Part shown: positions 27,195-41,424 of the stretch, one piece after another
Layout: each line of letters starts with the position of its first letter
Numbering within the stretch: the first letter of the stretch is position 1
Assembly (NCBI RefSeq): GCF_963921235.1
Contig: NC_086097.1
Span: forward strand, 218,490,001 to 218,554,000
DNA: 64,000 nucleotides
Source of the DNA: Mobula hypostoma
Lineage: Eukaryota
Direction of reading: 5' to 3'
Position numbers and translations under genes: made by a program
The notes under the pieces: model-generated
What the model was told of the DNA's origin: nothing
Databases searched by the model: none
The model's input: the letters and a program-made list of their open reading frames with translations, nothing else

Positions 27195-27625
27195 GAAAGG
27201 AAGAGTCCTGAATTTATATGTGGCGCCTTTTGTGAGTTAAGGCCATTCTGAAGTGAGCTATAGCCATGTAGTAGTTTTTGAAATGAAGTTTCTGTGAAAC
27301 GCAGAAAATGCAGCAGCCAATTGGTGTGATGCAGCGGCCAAGGATAGTGTGATAATGGCTGAACATCTACTCTATTGTTGTTGATTTAAGGGTATATATC
27401 AGTGGAATGTGTCAGTTAGTCACTGCTCTTTGATATAATGCTATCTGATTTCTGAAATTTATCTTGAAGAAGCAGATGGTTTAATTTGTTTTCAGACAAA
27501 TGGCATCTTCAATGATGCAGCTCTGCTTCAGTGCTGCATTGAAGTGGTAACCCAGGTTTTTGTGTTTGGTCTCCTGTAGTGGATTTCAAAGCACCTTCTG
27601 GCTCAGAGGCAATAAAGTGATGAAA
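27195..27625 (-). mobile_element. Degenerate DeuSINE (SacSINE1-like)
   Basis: Collinear remnants of the tail (atttatatgtggcgccttt), Deu domain (ggtttaa...gcagctctgcttcagtgctgcattgaagtg) and tRNA head (ccttctggctcagaggc). Recognised from memory of the family consensus. Confidence 0.6.
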
Positions 27626-28583
27626 TATTACTCTCATGTTGCTTTCTGTAGAGTTGATTGGCACATTTATCAGGTGTAACAGTGATTACTATTTTATTTG
27701 AATATGTTAATCACTGCTATAATGCTAAATTGGACATAAGTAACCAAAGAGTATGGCAGGCAAACTCCACTCATCTCAGGTTTCTTCACTCAAAGCAATC
27801 CCCACAATAAAGTAAATTTTAAAACTATTTTGATGGGAGCTAAAGAAGCAACAGACACCAGAGAGTCTTTTCTGTCCCCAAACTCAGAGTGCAATATATA
27901 TACTTGTTTCCATTTCATTTGCTGTTAACAAACTCAATTGATGTAATTTACTGTTAAAACATATTTTAACTTTACCATTCGAGGGGGAGATTTTTTATTC
28001 TAATTGTTGGACATTTTTTCTATACTCCGGTTGACTGTTTATTGATCTGAGGACTTGTGTGTAACCACAACGTCCTTGAAGGAGACAAATCAATATATGA
28101 TGAGATTGCTTGCTTGTTTCTGTCTCTATAAATGTTCTGGTTCATTACATCAGTTATGAAGTTGTTGAAATGTTTAAAAAAATCAATTGATCTTTCATAT
28201 TTCTACTGAAATATTCATTGAAAATTTCAGCATCTCACTGGAGAGATTATTGATTTCAGATGACTGCTTTCAGCAGATATGTGACCTGTTTTTAAATAGA
28301 CCATTAATAAATGCACCATGTTTTTAAACTGTACCGTCGAATATGAATGACACACAAAAAGCTGGAGGGAGCTCAGTGGGTATTGGCAGCATCTATAGAG
28401 GAAAATAGTTGACTTTTTAGGTTGAGATCTTTCATACAGTGTTTGCTTTCATTTTGCAAATGTTAACATTCCATGTTATACTTTCTGGCAGAATGGGATG
28501 TTCTAATGAAATACACTTGGAGATTTATTCAGTATTTTCTGAGAATGAAAGTTGTCACTGATATGGGAGTGTGGGATGTGGAA

Positions 28584-28602
28584 AGCACCCTCTGCTGGTG
28601 AA
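28584..28602 (-). promoter_or_regulatory. Candidate CTCF site
   Basis: Minus strand TTCACCAGCAGAGGGTGCT versus core CCAGCAGAGGGCGC (1 mismatch), in unique-looking intron sequence. Confidence 0.4.
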
Positions 28603-30479
28603 ATAGATGGTGTGTTATGTATATCACCGTGAAGATGATGATATTGCACCATATTCTGTGAAATACAGAAACTCCTGATGATCAGTCAATAGCAGACATC
28701 AAAAGGAATTTCAACAATGCCTTGATGACGCTATGACTGAAATAAGGCACTCATGACTGATTTCCTTTGTGTTAAGTAGTACTCTACTCAGGCCAATGGG
28801 AAAAGAAATTGCTTTTGCCCTTTGACCCAAGTTCCACTGGGACTGCCTGGTGCCATGCTCAGTTGAACAGTGTTTTGTTGTTGAGGGCAAATACTTTCAA
28901 CTCTCCACAGACATTCAGAAGACATATTGTTACAGCTGTTGAATTGTCATTTATTAAGGCCAAGAGGAATTGTGTAATACTCAAAGCAACTCATGATTCC
29001 TGATAAGTACGGTAACTGTGAGGTACAGATCCTCTCCAGGTGTCAATAGGGTTCTGTTGCTTTGAATTGTTTGTCATCTGAACAGTTTACAAGTCAGAAG
29101 TGTGGCAGCAAACCGAGTTCCCACACAACAGAAGGTGGCAAATCTATTCTGCTGTCAGTCCTCTAATTGCTTGTTTCTATGTTTAGTCTGTACATGTCAG
29201 GCATTCACAAGCTGAGGAGGATCTGTAACAGGTAACTACTATAACAGATGCTTAAGTTAAATATTCAGGATGTTGGCTAACTGAAACATTAATATTGCTA
29301 TTTGATGACAGTCATCTGTCAATGCAAAGACTAGTAGTTAACCCTTGAATGATAGCTAATCAGTACATAAATCTACAACAGCTGGCTATACCTTGTATGA
29401 TCCAAATATTATTGTAATTTATTTTAGTTGTTTCCGGGAGAGTCCCCTGTTCAATGTATTACCATACCTACAGCATAGTTTCAAATTAAGTTGTACCTGG
29501 CTATGCTCTGCCAGCCTTTCAAATGATTTTCTATTGGAATTTTCTTGGAAAAAGCTCACATTGGTATTTTAAAAATCTGGATAAATGTATAAAAGAAAAA
29601 TAACTCAATGTTTGAGCTACGTTGGTGTCGGTTTGGGTGGCAACACATGTGGGCTGCACCCAGCACAACCTTGGCCGCATTGGTCATTAAAGACTCATTT
29701 CACTGAATGTTTCAATGTACATATAATAAATAAATCTAAATCGAATCTAATTTAATCTAAGTATTAACTGCTGTAAGTGAGTCAGCTTCAACTGCTCTCA
29801 CAGGAAGTGCATTTCAAATACTTGACTTCCTTTGAATGAAGAAACTATCCCTTCTGCTAAATCTCTTTCCCCTTATCTTAAATCTATGTCCTGTAGTTTT
29901 ATCTATCTGATATGGGGAAAATTTTCCTGCAGTATATCCTATCTATATGTCTCGTAATTCTACATATTCTCACTTACATTGCAACACAACCTGCTCTGGT
30001 CTCTATTGATCCTCGTAACTGAACAACGATCACTGGCAATGTCCTGATGAATCTGTTCTGTATCCTCCTGGTGCTAACACTTCCTTCCTATAGCAGAACT
30101 CCAGCTGAGGTCTGACCAAGGTTGGAGGATAACCTTCCTACTTGTATATAGAGCCCTGTCTAATGAATGCCAGTGGGCCTCCTAACTACCTAACTTGTGT
30201 TGCCACCATCAAGGATCTGAAGACGTATACTTCAATATTCCTCTGCTTCTTAATTATGTCTGAGACCCTGCTATTCATGTCTTAGCTTCATTAATACCTC
30301 CAAAATGCACCACCTTACATTTGTCTGGATTAAACTATGTCTGCCATTAACCTCCATCTGTAAGGATCCCATTACCTATTAAAAATAAGAAATAACGTAA
30401 CGTTAATATAACATGCACAGGTTAAAGCTGCGTGCTTTATTTACACGTGAAGTAATTTTAAAAAAAGGAATACGTTGAA

Positions 30480-31005
30480 GTAGTTTTGAGCCCCATATCT
30501 CAGAAGGGATGTGTTGTCATTGGAGAGAGTCCAGAGGAGGTTCACGAGGATGATTCTGTGAATGAAGGGTTAACATACGAGCAGCGTTTGGCAGCTTTGG
30601 GCCTGTACTCACTGGAACTTAGAAGAATGTAGGAGAATCTCATTGAAACTTACCAAATGTTGAAAGGATTAGATAGGATGGATGTGGAGAGGTTGTTTCC
30701 TGTGGTGGAGGTATCGAGAACTAGAGGGCACAGCCTCAAAATTGAGGGGCAACCTTTTAGAACAGAGGTAAGGAAGAATTTTTTTTAGCCAGGGAGTAGT
30801 GAGTCTATGGAATGCACTGCCGCAGTATGCAGTAGAGGCCAAGTCCGTGGGTATAATTAAGGCAGAAGTTGATTGTTTCCTGATCAGTCAGGGCATCAAA
30901 GGATATGGCGAGAAGGCAGGTGTATGGAGTTGAGTGGGATCTGGAATGGCGGAGCAGACTTGATGGGCTGAACGGCCTAATTCTGCTCCTATGTCTTATG
31001 ATCTG
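30480..31005 (+). mobile_element. CR1 3' fragment
   Basis: ERVQRRFTRMI-type sequence, 3' UTR and tail. Confidence 0.85.
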
Positions 31006-33559
31006 AAACTGATTATTACTTAATAGAGAACTTCTGGATCTTGCTATTTCTATTAAAACTGGTGTTCATTGCCCATCCCTAACTATCTTTGAAATAATTT
31101 GATTGCTTAATCTTTTCAGAATCAACCACATTAGTGGGTTTGGAGTTACCTTTAGGCCAGACCAATAAGGGCAGGAGATACCCTGCACAACCCCCCTCCC
31201 AGCCCAATGGCAATTATGAACCGGATGCATTTTACAGATTGTGACTGCAACTGGTACTTATTAATTGCATGAATTTGAATTACACAGCTGCCACACTGAG
31301 ATTTCAATTGTCTCCTGATTAATTGTCTCTGGAGTAACGCTGTTTCATTTGGCTGTATTCATGAGTATCCGTGTATGGCTGAAAGTCAATTAAACTTGAA
31401 CTTGAACTTGGATTATTAGTCAAGCCACCTGGGCTACAGGCAGACAATAAGGAGAAAGGTACAATTGTATAGTGAAAAACTTGTTTTGAATGCTGTTCAT
31501 ATAGATCTTTTCATTTCAGCAGTGCAGAGTAAAGTAATACAATTACAGAGCAAGTGGAGTGCAGGTTGGTGATAAGGTGCAAGGTCAGAATGAGGAAGGC
31601 TGTGAGTCAGGAGTTCATTTTATCATAAACGGGGACTTTTCAATAGTCTTTGAATAGTGTGAAAGAACCTGTCCTTGAGCCTCGAGCTACACACTTTCAG
31701 ACTTCTGGATTTTCTGCCCTGAGGGAAGATAGAATGCTTTCTATGGTGCATTGATATGAAAATTGGTGAGGGTTGAAGGGGGCATACCGTATGTCTTTAA
31801 CCTCCTGAGGAAGTTAGTGAGCTTTCTTGACTGTGGCTTCAGTGTGGTCCGTTCAGGCGGTGGTTAGATCATGTGATGTTCGCTCTTAGAAACCTGCAGC
31901 TCTGAACCCTCTTGACCTCAGCACCGTTGATGTAAATAAGAGCATATGCACTGCCCCCTTCCTGAAATTAATGACCAACTCTTGTTATGCTGCTATTGAG
32001 AGAAAGGCTGTTGTGATAATACCATGTCATTAGGCTCTCCGTCTTCTTGTACTCAACTCATTGATGGTAGTAGCCGTGGACATATTGATGGAGTTGGAGC
32101 TGAATCTGTAAATATGTAGGGAGTAGGATAGGGGCTGTGTTGAGCTCAGGTGTTCGTAGTACAATCGTAGTGGAGCAGTTGTTGCCCATTTTTTTTACTG
32201 ATTGTGGTTCATTGGTCCTGAAGTTGCAAATGGAGGTGTTGTACCATGATGAGGTAATTTGTGAGGGCAAGAGTGATTTCACGATTTGCGCGTAATTAAC
32301 CGAACCTCTCGACAAACTATATCTTCTTAAATGAGTCTCAGCTCAATGGTTGTCACCTGTACCTTTGGGAAAAATGTGATTTGATCAGGTAAATATGCTT
32401 GCATCTCAAACAAACTAATAGATGCCTGGGTCTCCATGTAACCTCTCTGTAGTCATTAATCCAGGTGACCATTATTTAAAAAATATTTGTTTTATAAAAA
32501 TGAATCAAACTGTGCATCCATTTCATTGGTCTCTAAGTGATTCACTTTTGTAGACAGTTTTTATTTTATTGTGCTCTGATAAATAATGTACAATAAGGGT
32601 TCAACAGCAGAGTTTCCTGAATTTCATAAAGATTAAGTAGTGATTATAATTGCTTGTGCCCTTTATTATTCCCAAAACAAAGGCTTTCATTTCATGACCT
32701 CAGTGTGAACTAATGTACTTTACAACCATTTACATAATTTGAAATACAGGTATTGTTGCAATGTAGGAATGTAACATCTTTCCTGCACCTTGTCTGCCCA
32801 GTCCTGCTGGAATTCTACAGGTTTCCTGTCATTCTTCTAACTTTTAGTGAGTACAATTGATATAAGGAGAAATGTTACTCAGAGGGTTGTAAGTATTTGG
32901 AATTCTCCATCCTTGACAGCAGTGGAAGCTCAGTTTCTCTACGCATTAAAATTGAATTCTGGGCATTATGGGACCAAAGGGGATAGTACTGGCAAATGGC
33001 ACTGACATTGAAGATTAGCCATGATTTTGGTGAAAGGTGGAGCACGTCTTAAATCTAGTTCTCCAGTTTTTGAATTCCTGATGTTTGTAATGTGCTCCTA
33101 TGTGGAGAGAAAATTACATGATTAAACCAACACTAGTATACTGACTTCAGTTTGGGTGCATTAGAACAGAATTAGAAACACAAAAACACAGAAATCCTAC
33201 AGCACAATACAGGCCCTTTGGCCCACAATGCTGTGCTGAACATGTACTTAGGTTAGAAATTACCTAGGGTTACCTATAGCCCTCTATTTTTCTAAGTTCC
33301 ATGTACCTATCCAGGAGTCTCTTAAAAGATCCTATTGTATCCTCCTCCACCACTGTTAGACTATCAGACTATCTTAAAAGAGATTCATGTAAATATAAAA
33401 TACTTAACTGTCATTTACTTAAGATATTTATATTTGTTGCAGAACTTAAAAATTTGATGGATCAGTTATATGTAAGTTCACTTCATGCTTTGATAACTAT
33501 ATATTCTCTTCTGGGAGTGTAATTTCAATTAGCATTTTAACTTCCCTATGATAATAGCA

Positions 33560-33787
33560 ACCGGCTGGTGGCATAGTGGCATCAGCGCCAGACTTCGGAG
33601 TGAAGGCTCCTGAGTACGAATCCAGCTGGCTCCCTTGCACACTTTCCATCCGTGCTGGGTTGAGCGTCGAGCTAGTAACTCGGCCTTGTAAAAACAAGAA
33701 AGCCTGCTTAAAAAAAAACACTGTCATGACAGCGTCTCGATGACTCCACTCAGAGTTAAGGGCTTTCTTCTTCTTCTTCTTCTTCTT
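33560..33787 (+). mobile_element. tRNA-derived SINE with (TTC)n tail
   Basis: A box TGGCATAGTGG, B box GAGTACGAATCC; perfect 14 bp TSD ctatgataatagca at 33546-33559 and 33788-33801. Confidence 0.9.
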
Positions 33788-34349
33788 CTATGATAATAGC
33801 AGATGTTGGATTCCAAGTTGAATAGCTACAGAAAGTCAAAATATTAGCTGGAAGTGCTGAGAGGCAAGAGATGTAAGGAGGCCAACCCCACAAAGTTCTT
33901 TGGAATAATTGTGTCAATTTGGTTTTGTCATTGAATACACTAGAGCAAATTACCAGGCAGCCCTGTATTAGCAAATATGAGAGAGAGGGAGAGGGAAAGG
34001 GAGAGTTTATGTGAAACATATGAAGCCAACTGCTGTACAAAAACAATGAGTTAATCTGTATTACTTGCATCAACGTGCATTAGCTACTGACAGACTTTTA
34101 AGGAAAATAACACACAGCTCTGTGTATTATTGTTGGCTTGTGCATACAGCATTAAGAAAGTTTACTTTCTGCTGTTTTAGGGTCATTTTAGGTTTATGTC
34201 TTGGTGAATAGTTGGCGGGAAAGTAGAATTTATGAGACCAGATTTCAGGAAATCTATGGATGTTTTACAGACAGGGAGTTCAAAAACATGTTTGAACTTG
34301 AAATGGGGATCTAAATAATTTTGTCACAAACTTTGTAACAAAGCCATTA

Positions 34350-37245
34350 GTTCCATCATATAAATCATTGACATCTAAAGTAAAAAGAACTGGTCTCAAA
34401 ACAGTTCCCTGTGGGACATCACTAGTCACCAACAGCCAAGCAGAAAAGCGCTCCCTTTATTCCCACTCTTTGCCTTTTGCCTCCTGCCAATCAGCTACTG
34501 CTTTATCCATCCTAGAATCGCCCTTGTAATATGATGTGCTCAAAGCTTGTTAAACAGACACATGTGTGGCACCTTGTCAAAGGCCTTCTGAAAATCCAAG
34601 AACACAACATCAACTGATTCTCTTTTGTCTCTCCTGCTTGTTATTTCTTAAAAGAAATTCCAATAGATTTGTCAGACAAGATTTTCCCTTGAGAAAACCA
34701 TGCTGACTATTGCCTATTTTATCATGTGCCTCTCATCATGATCAGGTGCCGTGCCCAGTTTGAGCTTTGACTGCCATGGCTCAAACACTCCTGTTTCCAG
34801 TCAAGTGGATCAATTCTTTGGTATTCATTTCCAGTTCTCTGGCTGCTGTCTCCATCATCATTGGTCTTTGTCTTCCTCTTGCTTTCTTCCCTTCAACTTT
34901 CCCATAATTACTGTGCATGCTAACTCCTCTTTGCTAATCACATGTCCAATGAAGTTACGTTGCCTTTTCATGACCTCATACATTATTTCTCTTTTTGAGT
35001 TTGCTCTGTTCATGGCATCCTCATTAGATATTCGTTTCGTCCATGATATTCTTTGCATCCTCCTCAAAAACCACATCTCTGCTGCTTCAGTTCGTTTCCT
35101 CATGTTACTAGATATTGTCCAACATTCTGAGCCATATAACATAACTGGATAAACGTAACATTTCAGTACTCTGAGGTGGGTTGTCATGCCTAGTTTAGTG
35201 TTTGTCAGTATATTCTTCATTGTCATAAAGGTGCCTTTTTCCATCCCTATTCTTCTTTTGATGTCCATGGTCGCACCTGCCATCTGATGTTACCCAGCTT
35301 CCTAAGTAACAAAAGTTCTGTACTTGTTTTATGTTCCCCATTTATTCTCAGATGCAGATAGGATTCTCCTTCTTTTTGGATATCACCATACATTCTGTCT
35401 TTTTGCAATTGATAGATAGACCCATTTTTGCACTTTCCTTCAACAACTATATCAATTAAGTTTTGTACTTCTTCCTCCATACTTGCAATTAACACAGTGT
35501 CATCTGCATATCTGAAATTATTGATGTTTTCACCACCAACTTTGATTCCCAAGATGCCTTTTATTTTTTGTAATATAGTTTCACTGTACACATTAAATAA
35601 ATCAGGGGAGAAAACACACCCTTGTCTAATGCCTCTCTTGATTTTCGTAAACTGACTCACTTCTCCATCTATTCTTACAGCGGCAGTTTGTTACCAGTAC
35701 AGATTTCTGATTAAGCGGAGATCTTTCGAATCTAGATCTAGAGTTTCCTGTAATATTTCAAATAAGTTATTGTGCTTCACTTTATCAAATGCTTTTGTGT
35801 AGTCGATAAAACAAACAAACAAATCTTTTTGCACTTGAATAGCTCGTTCTGATAGTATCCTTAACATCAACATTGCATTTCTTGTACCTTTGTCTTTCAC
35901 AAAAGCACATTGTTCTTTACCTATTTCAGCTTGTATCTTACTTTCAGCTCTTGTCATCAAAATTCTTAGAAGTATCTTCGTGATATGACTCATTAAACTT
36001 ATGGTCCTATGTAATTCACATTCTATTGCTTCAGGTTCCTTAGGAACCTCTAAGTACCAAGAAAAAAAATCCCTAACAATTGACTCCAACATCTTCCCAA
36101 CCACTGTGGTCAGACTAACTGTCTTATGATTTTCTTTCTTCTGACTCTCTCCATTCTTGAAGAGTGGAGTGACATCTGCAATTTTCCAGTCTTCTGGAAC
36201 CATTCCAGAATCTAGTGATTCTCAAAAGATCATTACTATTGCCTCCACAAGCTCCTCAGCCATCTCTTTCAGAACCCTGGGGAGTATAACCATCTGATCC
36301 AGGTGACTTATCTACCTTCAAACATTTCAGTTTCCCAAGAAACTTCTCCCTAGTAATGGTAACTTCACACACTTCATGATCCCTGACATCTGGAACTTCC
36401 ACAATACTGCTAGTGTCTTCCGCAGTGAAGGTTGATGCAAAATGCTTTCTCAGTTTGTCCGCCATTTCATTGTCCCCCATTACTAGTTCTCTAGCATCAT
36501 TTTCCTGTGCACCGATATCCACTCTTGCCTCTCTTTTATAGTTTATGTATCTGAAGAAACTTTTGATGTGCACTTTAATATTAAATTCATATTTCACCTT
36601 TACCTTCTTAATGACTTTTTAGTTGCCTTTTGTTGGTATTTGAATGCTTCCCAATCCTGTAACTTCCCACTAATTTTTGCTCTATTATTTGTCCTCTGTT
36701 TGGTTTTCATGTTGGCTTTGACTTCCCTTGTTAACCATTGTTGTGTCATCTTGCCTTTAGAATAGTTCTTCCTCTTTGGGATGTATATATCCTGTGCCTC
36801 CTGAATTGCTTCTTGAAATTCAAGTCATTGCTGCTCTGCAGTCATCCCTGCCAGTGTTCTTTTCCAATCATTCTGGCAAAGTCCTCTCTCATACCTCTGC
36901 AATTCCCTTTACTCCACTGTAATACTGATAAATCTGACTTTAGCTTCTCCTTCTCAAAATTCAAGGTGAATTCGTTCATATTATGATCATTTTCGCCTAA
37001 GGGTTCTTTCACCTTAAGCTTTCTAATCAATTCTGGTTCATTGCAGAACATCCAATCCAGAATAGCTGATCCTCTAGTGGGCTCAAACATGGGCAGCTCT
37101 AAAAGGCCATCTTGTAGGCATCTAGAAATTCCCCCTCTTAGAATTCGGTACCAACCTGATTTTCCCAATCTACCTGCATATTGAGATCCCCACTATTGTA
37201 ACATTTTCCCTTTGGCGTGCAGTTTCTATCTTCCATTGTAATTTT
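34350..37245 (-). mobile_element. CR1 ORF2 fragment (endonuclease end, linker, RT start), split by an RTE
   Basis: PTRGSAILD, KVDKSPGSDG and VPEDWKIADVTPLFK in broken frames. Confidence 0.85.
34733..36045 (-). mobile_element. RTE-clade LINE, 5'-truncated, nested in the CR1
   Basis: HRTISLMSHITKILL, CFIDYTKAFD, GIRQGCVFSP, RYADDTVL, LYGSECW..EMWFLRRM; (GAT)n-like tail. Confidence 0.9.
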
Positions 37246-39499
37246 CACTTACTATATTTAGATAACAAATAAAGTTATAAATAATTTGAGAAATACCTGA
37301 ATTGTAGCTCTCCAGACTTGCAGATAATGTAATAAAAATAGATGTCAGAATAAATCAAAAAATATGGTGGTCAATAAGGGTCATGATTCATTAAAATATT
37401 ATTTCATATAAATTTAATTATTTTGATGCTTAAGATGAATTAGGTGATTATTTTCTTTAGCCTACTTATAAATAAGACAATGCGCAAACTCTGAGTTCTT
37501 CTAGTTTATTTGTTTTTTTTGTGACATCAATTTCTTGTCATTTTTAAACAACTGAGCCTCCATTTTTTTGTGTGAATCTTAACCGAAGTCACTGCATTGT
37601 GCTGAGCCACTGACATTACACCATCTTACAAAAGTGCATTTTCAGTTGCTCAGGGTGTTCAATGCTTCAGAAAGCCACTAGATGTTCTTCCACTGAAAAG
37701 GCAAAAGAATGTACATCCAGATTTTGATATTTAATTTGAAGTTGAGTCTTTCTATTATCAATATGTCTGCATGAAGTAGAAAAATGTTGAAAAATAACTT
37801 TTTGTGTGCACGCCCATCATATGAAAAAGATTATAAATGATTGTTAGAATAATAATCCAAATTAATTAGTATTAAATGTATTAATTTCAAATTGACTTAC
37901 ATTTAAAAACATGTCTTAAGGACTACACCAGTTTTCAATGATATTTTAATTGCATCAAAAATGGATGCATATCTAACTATTTCAATTCCTGATTGATTGA
38001 AATATATTGCATCTTAAACTTATGCTGAGCTTCAACTCAATAAAATGTTTTAAAGTGCTTCATGTGAGATTTATATATGAAAAGAAAATGACACTGAGCC
38101 ATATAAGGAAATATTAAGATAATATTGCCAAAATAAAACACTTCATGGGGCTTGATGTTTAGGGAAGGAACTCTAGATCTTGGGACCTGCTGATCAAAAG
38201 CTACAGCTGCTGCTAATGGAGTGATTTTAATTGGGTATGCTTAAGAGACCAGAATTTGGGAAACGTGGATATTTTACAGACAGGGAGATCAAAACCATGT
38301 TTGAGTTTGAAATGGGGATGTAAGTAACAAATCCATGTTTTGCTACCAGAGGTCAGTTTATAAATGACGACCAGGTTAATGCAAATTTGAATATCACTTC
38401 CAGAGTTTTGGATAAGCTCCATTTCATGAAGGAGATGCTGGGAAGTTAATTAAGACCAGAAGACATAGGAGCATAATTATGGATCAGCCCATTGACTCTG
38501 ATCTCATTCCATCGTGGCTGATTTATTATCCCTCTCAATCTCATTCTCCTGTCTTCTCCCAGTAACCTTTAGCACCCTTATTAATCAGGAACCTATCAAC
38601 TTCTGCTTTAAATATACCCAATAATTAGGGCAGCCTTATTAAATGATTAAATAATTAGGATGGCATTGGAATGATTGAGCCCAGAGATACAAATAACCTG
38701 TAATCTGGGTTTGCAGTGCATGAGTTGTAGCAGGTGGGGAGATGGGCAGTGTTGTCAAGTTGGAAATAGTGATGGGGAGGTTATGGTGTCAGCATTTCTG
38801 GGCTAAGTAGGATGTTAAGGTTGCAGTGTGTGTCCAGAGATAGTGGTTTTGGTTTTCCCCAGTGCTGGAGAAAGTTTCTGTGGGATGGTAGTTGGGTAGA
38901 GCTCAGTGACTGCATTCCACATAGTAAAACCTGAATAATCTGGTGCCTCAGGATCCTGGGGTGCTGAGCCAGCTGAATTTCAAATGGATGTAGTTATTAT
39001 TTGTACCATGACACATCTGAGATTTGAAAATATATTAGAATAAATTTCCCAGTGAACCAGGTAAGATAAAAGGGAGCATGTGAAGTAGAACCCCAGTGAG
39101 CGGAAAGGGGGTCTAGGAACCAGGGCAGGGAATGTGGGGATCATAGGTTGTATGTGGGAAGTGAGAACAGCAAACTGGTGAGGCAGATATTGGACTGTAA
39201 GAATTGCCAAGTTATTGGATAGGGGGTTATTAGAATTATACTGGCATGTGCAAATGGGTGATGTATTTTCAGATGTTATAGTTGATGATAACTTGTAGAA
39301 AAGAAACAAAAGAGGATCATAAGTTATAGCTCTGGGGGTCTCCAGACATAATGCTGCAGGGTAGCTTTCACAATCAAAGTTTGAAGTTCAAAGTAGTTTA
39401 TTATCAAAGTACATGCAGTATATGTCACCATATTCAACCCTGAGATGCATTTCCTTGTAAATACCAGAAACACAATAGAATCAGTGAAAGACTGCATGT

Positions 39500-41290
39500 A
39501 ACATAGAACATAGAATAGTACAGCACAGTACAGGCCCTTTGGCCCACAATGTTGTGCTGACCCTCAAACCCTGCCTCCCATATAAGCCCCCACCTTAGAT
39601 TCCTCCATATACCTGTCTAGTAGTCTCTTAAACTTCACTAGTGTATCTGCCTCCACCACTGACTCAGGCAGTGCATTCCACGCACCAACCACTCTCTGAG
39701 TAAAAACCTTCCTCTAATATCCCCCTTGAACTTCCCACCCCTTACCTTAAAGCCATGTCCTCTTGTATTGAGCAGTGGTGCCCTGGGGAAGAGGTGCTGG
39801 CTATCCACTCTATCTGTTCCTCTTATTATCTTGTACACCTCTATCATGTCTCCTCTCATCCTCCTCTCCAAAGAGTAAAGCCCTAGCTCCCTTAATCTCT
39901 GATCATAATGCATACTTTCTAAACCAGGCAGCATCCTGGTAAGTCTCCTCTGTACCCTTTCCAATGCTTCCACATCCTTACTATAGTGAGGTGACCAGTA
40001 CTGGACACAATACTCCAAGTGTGGCCTAACCAGAGTTTTATAGAGCTGCATCGTTACATCGCGACTCTTAAACTCTATCCCTCGACTTATGAAAGCTAAC
40101 ACCCCATAAGCTTTTTTAAACATTCTATCCACCTGTGAGGCAACTTCCAGGGATCTGTGGACATGTATCCCGAGATCCCTCTGCTCCTCCACACTACCAA
40201 GTATCTTGCCATTTACTTTGTACTCTGCGTTGGAGTTTGTCCTTCCAAAGTGTACCACCTCACACTTCTCCGGGTTGAACTCCATCTGCCACTTCTCAGC
40301 CCACTTCTGCATTCTATCGATGTCTCTCTGCAATCTTTGACAATCCTCTACACTATCTACAACACCACCAACCTTTGTGTCGTCTGCAAACTTGCCAACC
40401 CACCCTTCTACCCCCACATCCAGGTCGTTAATAAAAATCACGAAAAGTAGAGGTACCAGAACAGATCCTTGTGGGACACCACTAGTCACAATCCTCCAAT
40501 CTGAATGTACTCCCTCCACCACCACCCTCTGCCTTCTGCAGGCAAGCCAATTCTGAATCCACCTGGCCAAACTTCCCTGGATCCCATGCCTTCTAACTTT
40601 CTGAATAAGCCTACCGTGTGGAACCTTGTCAAATGCCTTAATAAAATCCATATAGATCACATCCACTGCACTACCCTCATCTATATGCCTGGTCACCTCC
40701 TCAAAGAACTCTATCAGGCTTGTTAGACACGATCTGCCCTTCACAAAGCCATGCTGACTGTCCCTGATCAGACCATGATTCTCTAAATGCCTATAGATCC
40801 TATCTCTAAGAATCTTTTCCAACAGCTTTCCCACCACAGACGTAAGGCTCACTGGTCTATAATTACCCGGACTATCCCTACTACCTTTTTTGAACAAGGG
40901 AACAACATTCGCCTCCCTCCAATCCTCCGGCACCATTCCCGTGGACAATGAGGACATAAAGATCCTAGCCAGAGGCTCAGCAATCTCTTCTCTCGCCTCG
41001 TGGAGCAGCCTGGGGAATATTCCGTCAGGGCTCGGGGACTTATCTGTCCTAATGTATTTTAACAACTCCAACACCTCCTCTCCCTTAATATCAGCATGCT
41101 CCAGAACATCAACCTCACTCATATTGTCCTCACTATCATCAAGTTCCCTCTCATTGGTGAATACCGAAGAGAAGTATTCATTGAGGACCTCGCTCACTTC
41201 CACAACCTCCAGGCACATCTTCCCACCTTTATCTCTAATTGGTCCTACCTTCACTCCTGTCATCCTTTTTTTCTTCACATAATTGAAGAA
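39500..41290 (-). mobile_element. Young 5'-truncated CR1 with nearly intact RT frame
   Basis: 576 aa ORF 39638-41368 with NYRPVSL, QHGF, KAFDKV, VPQGSVL, FADDTK; the first ~26 aa come from flanking DNA; frameshift only near the C-terminus; ttctatg tail. Confidence 0.95.
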
Positions 41291-41424
41291 TGAATAACAG
41301 GACAATCGATGTGCAAAAGGCAACAAACTCATATAGAAAAAGAAAAAAAGACATACTGATAATAACAATCCAACATACCTTGCAGTAGTTTAACTCAATC
41401 TGATTACTGATACAGGGACATCAT

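Noticed and set aside
34234..38325. Diverged ~85 bp direct repeat (about 34234-34314 and 38245-38323)
   Set aside because: Too diverged and lacks LTR termini or TSD; probably old repeat remnants.
39638..41368. 576 aa RT ORF as a domesticated gene or retron-like system
   Set aside because: An ordinary 5'-truncated CR1 with its tail; the ORF start lies in flanking DNA.
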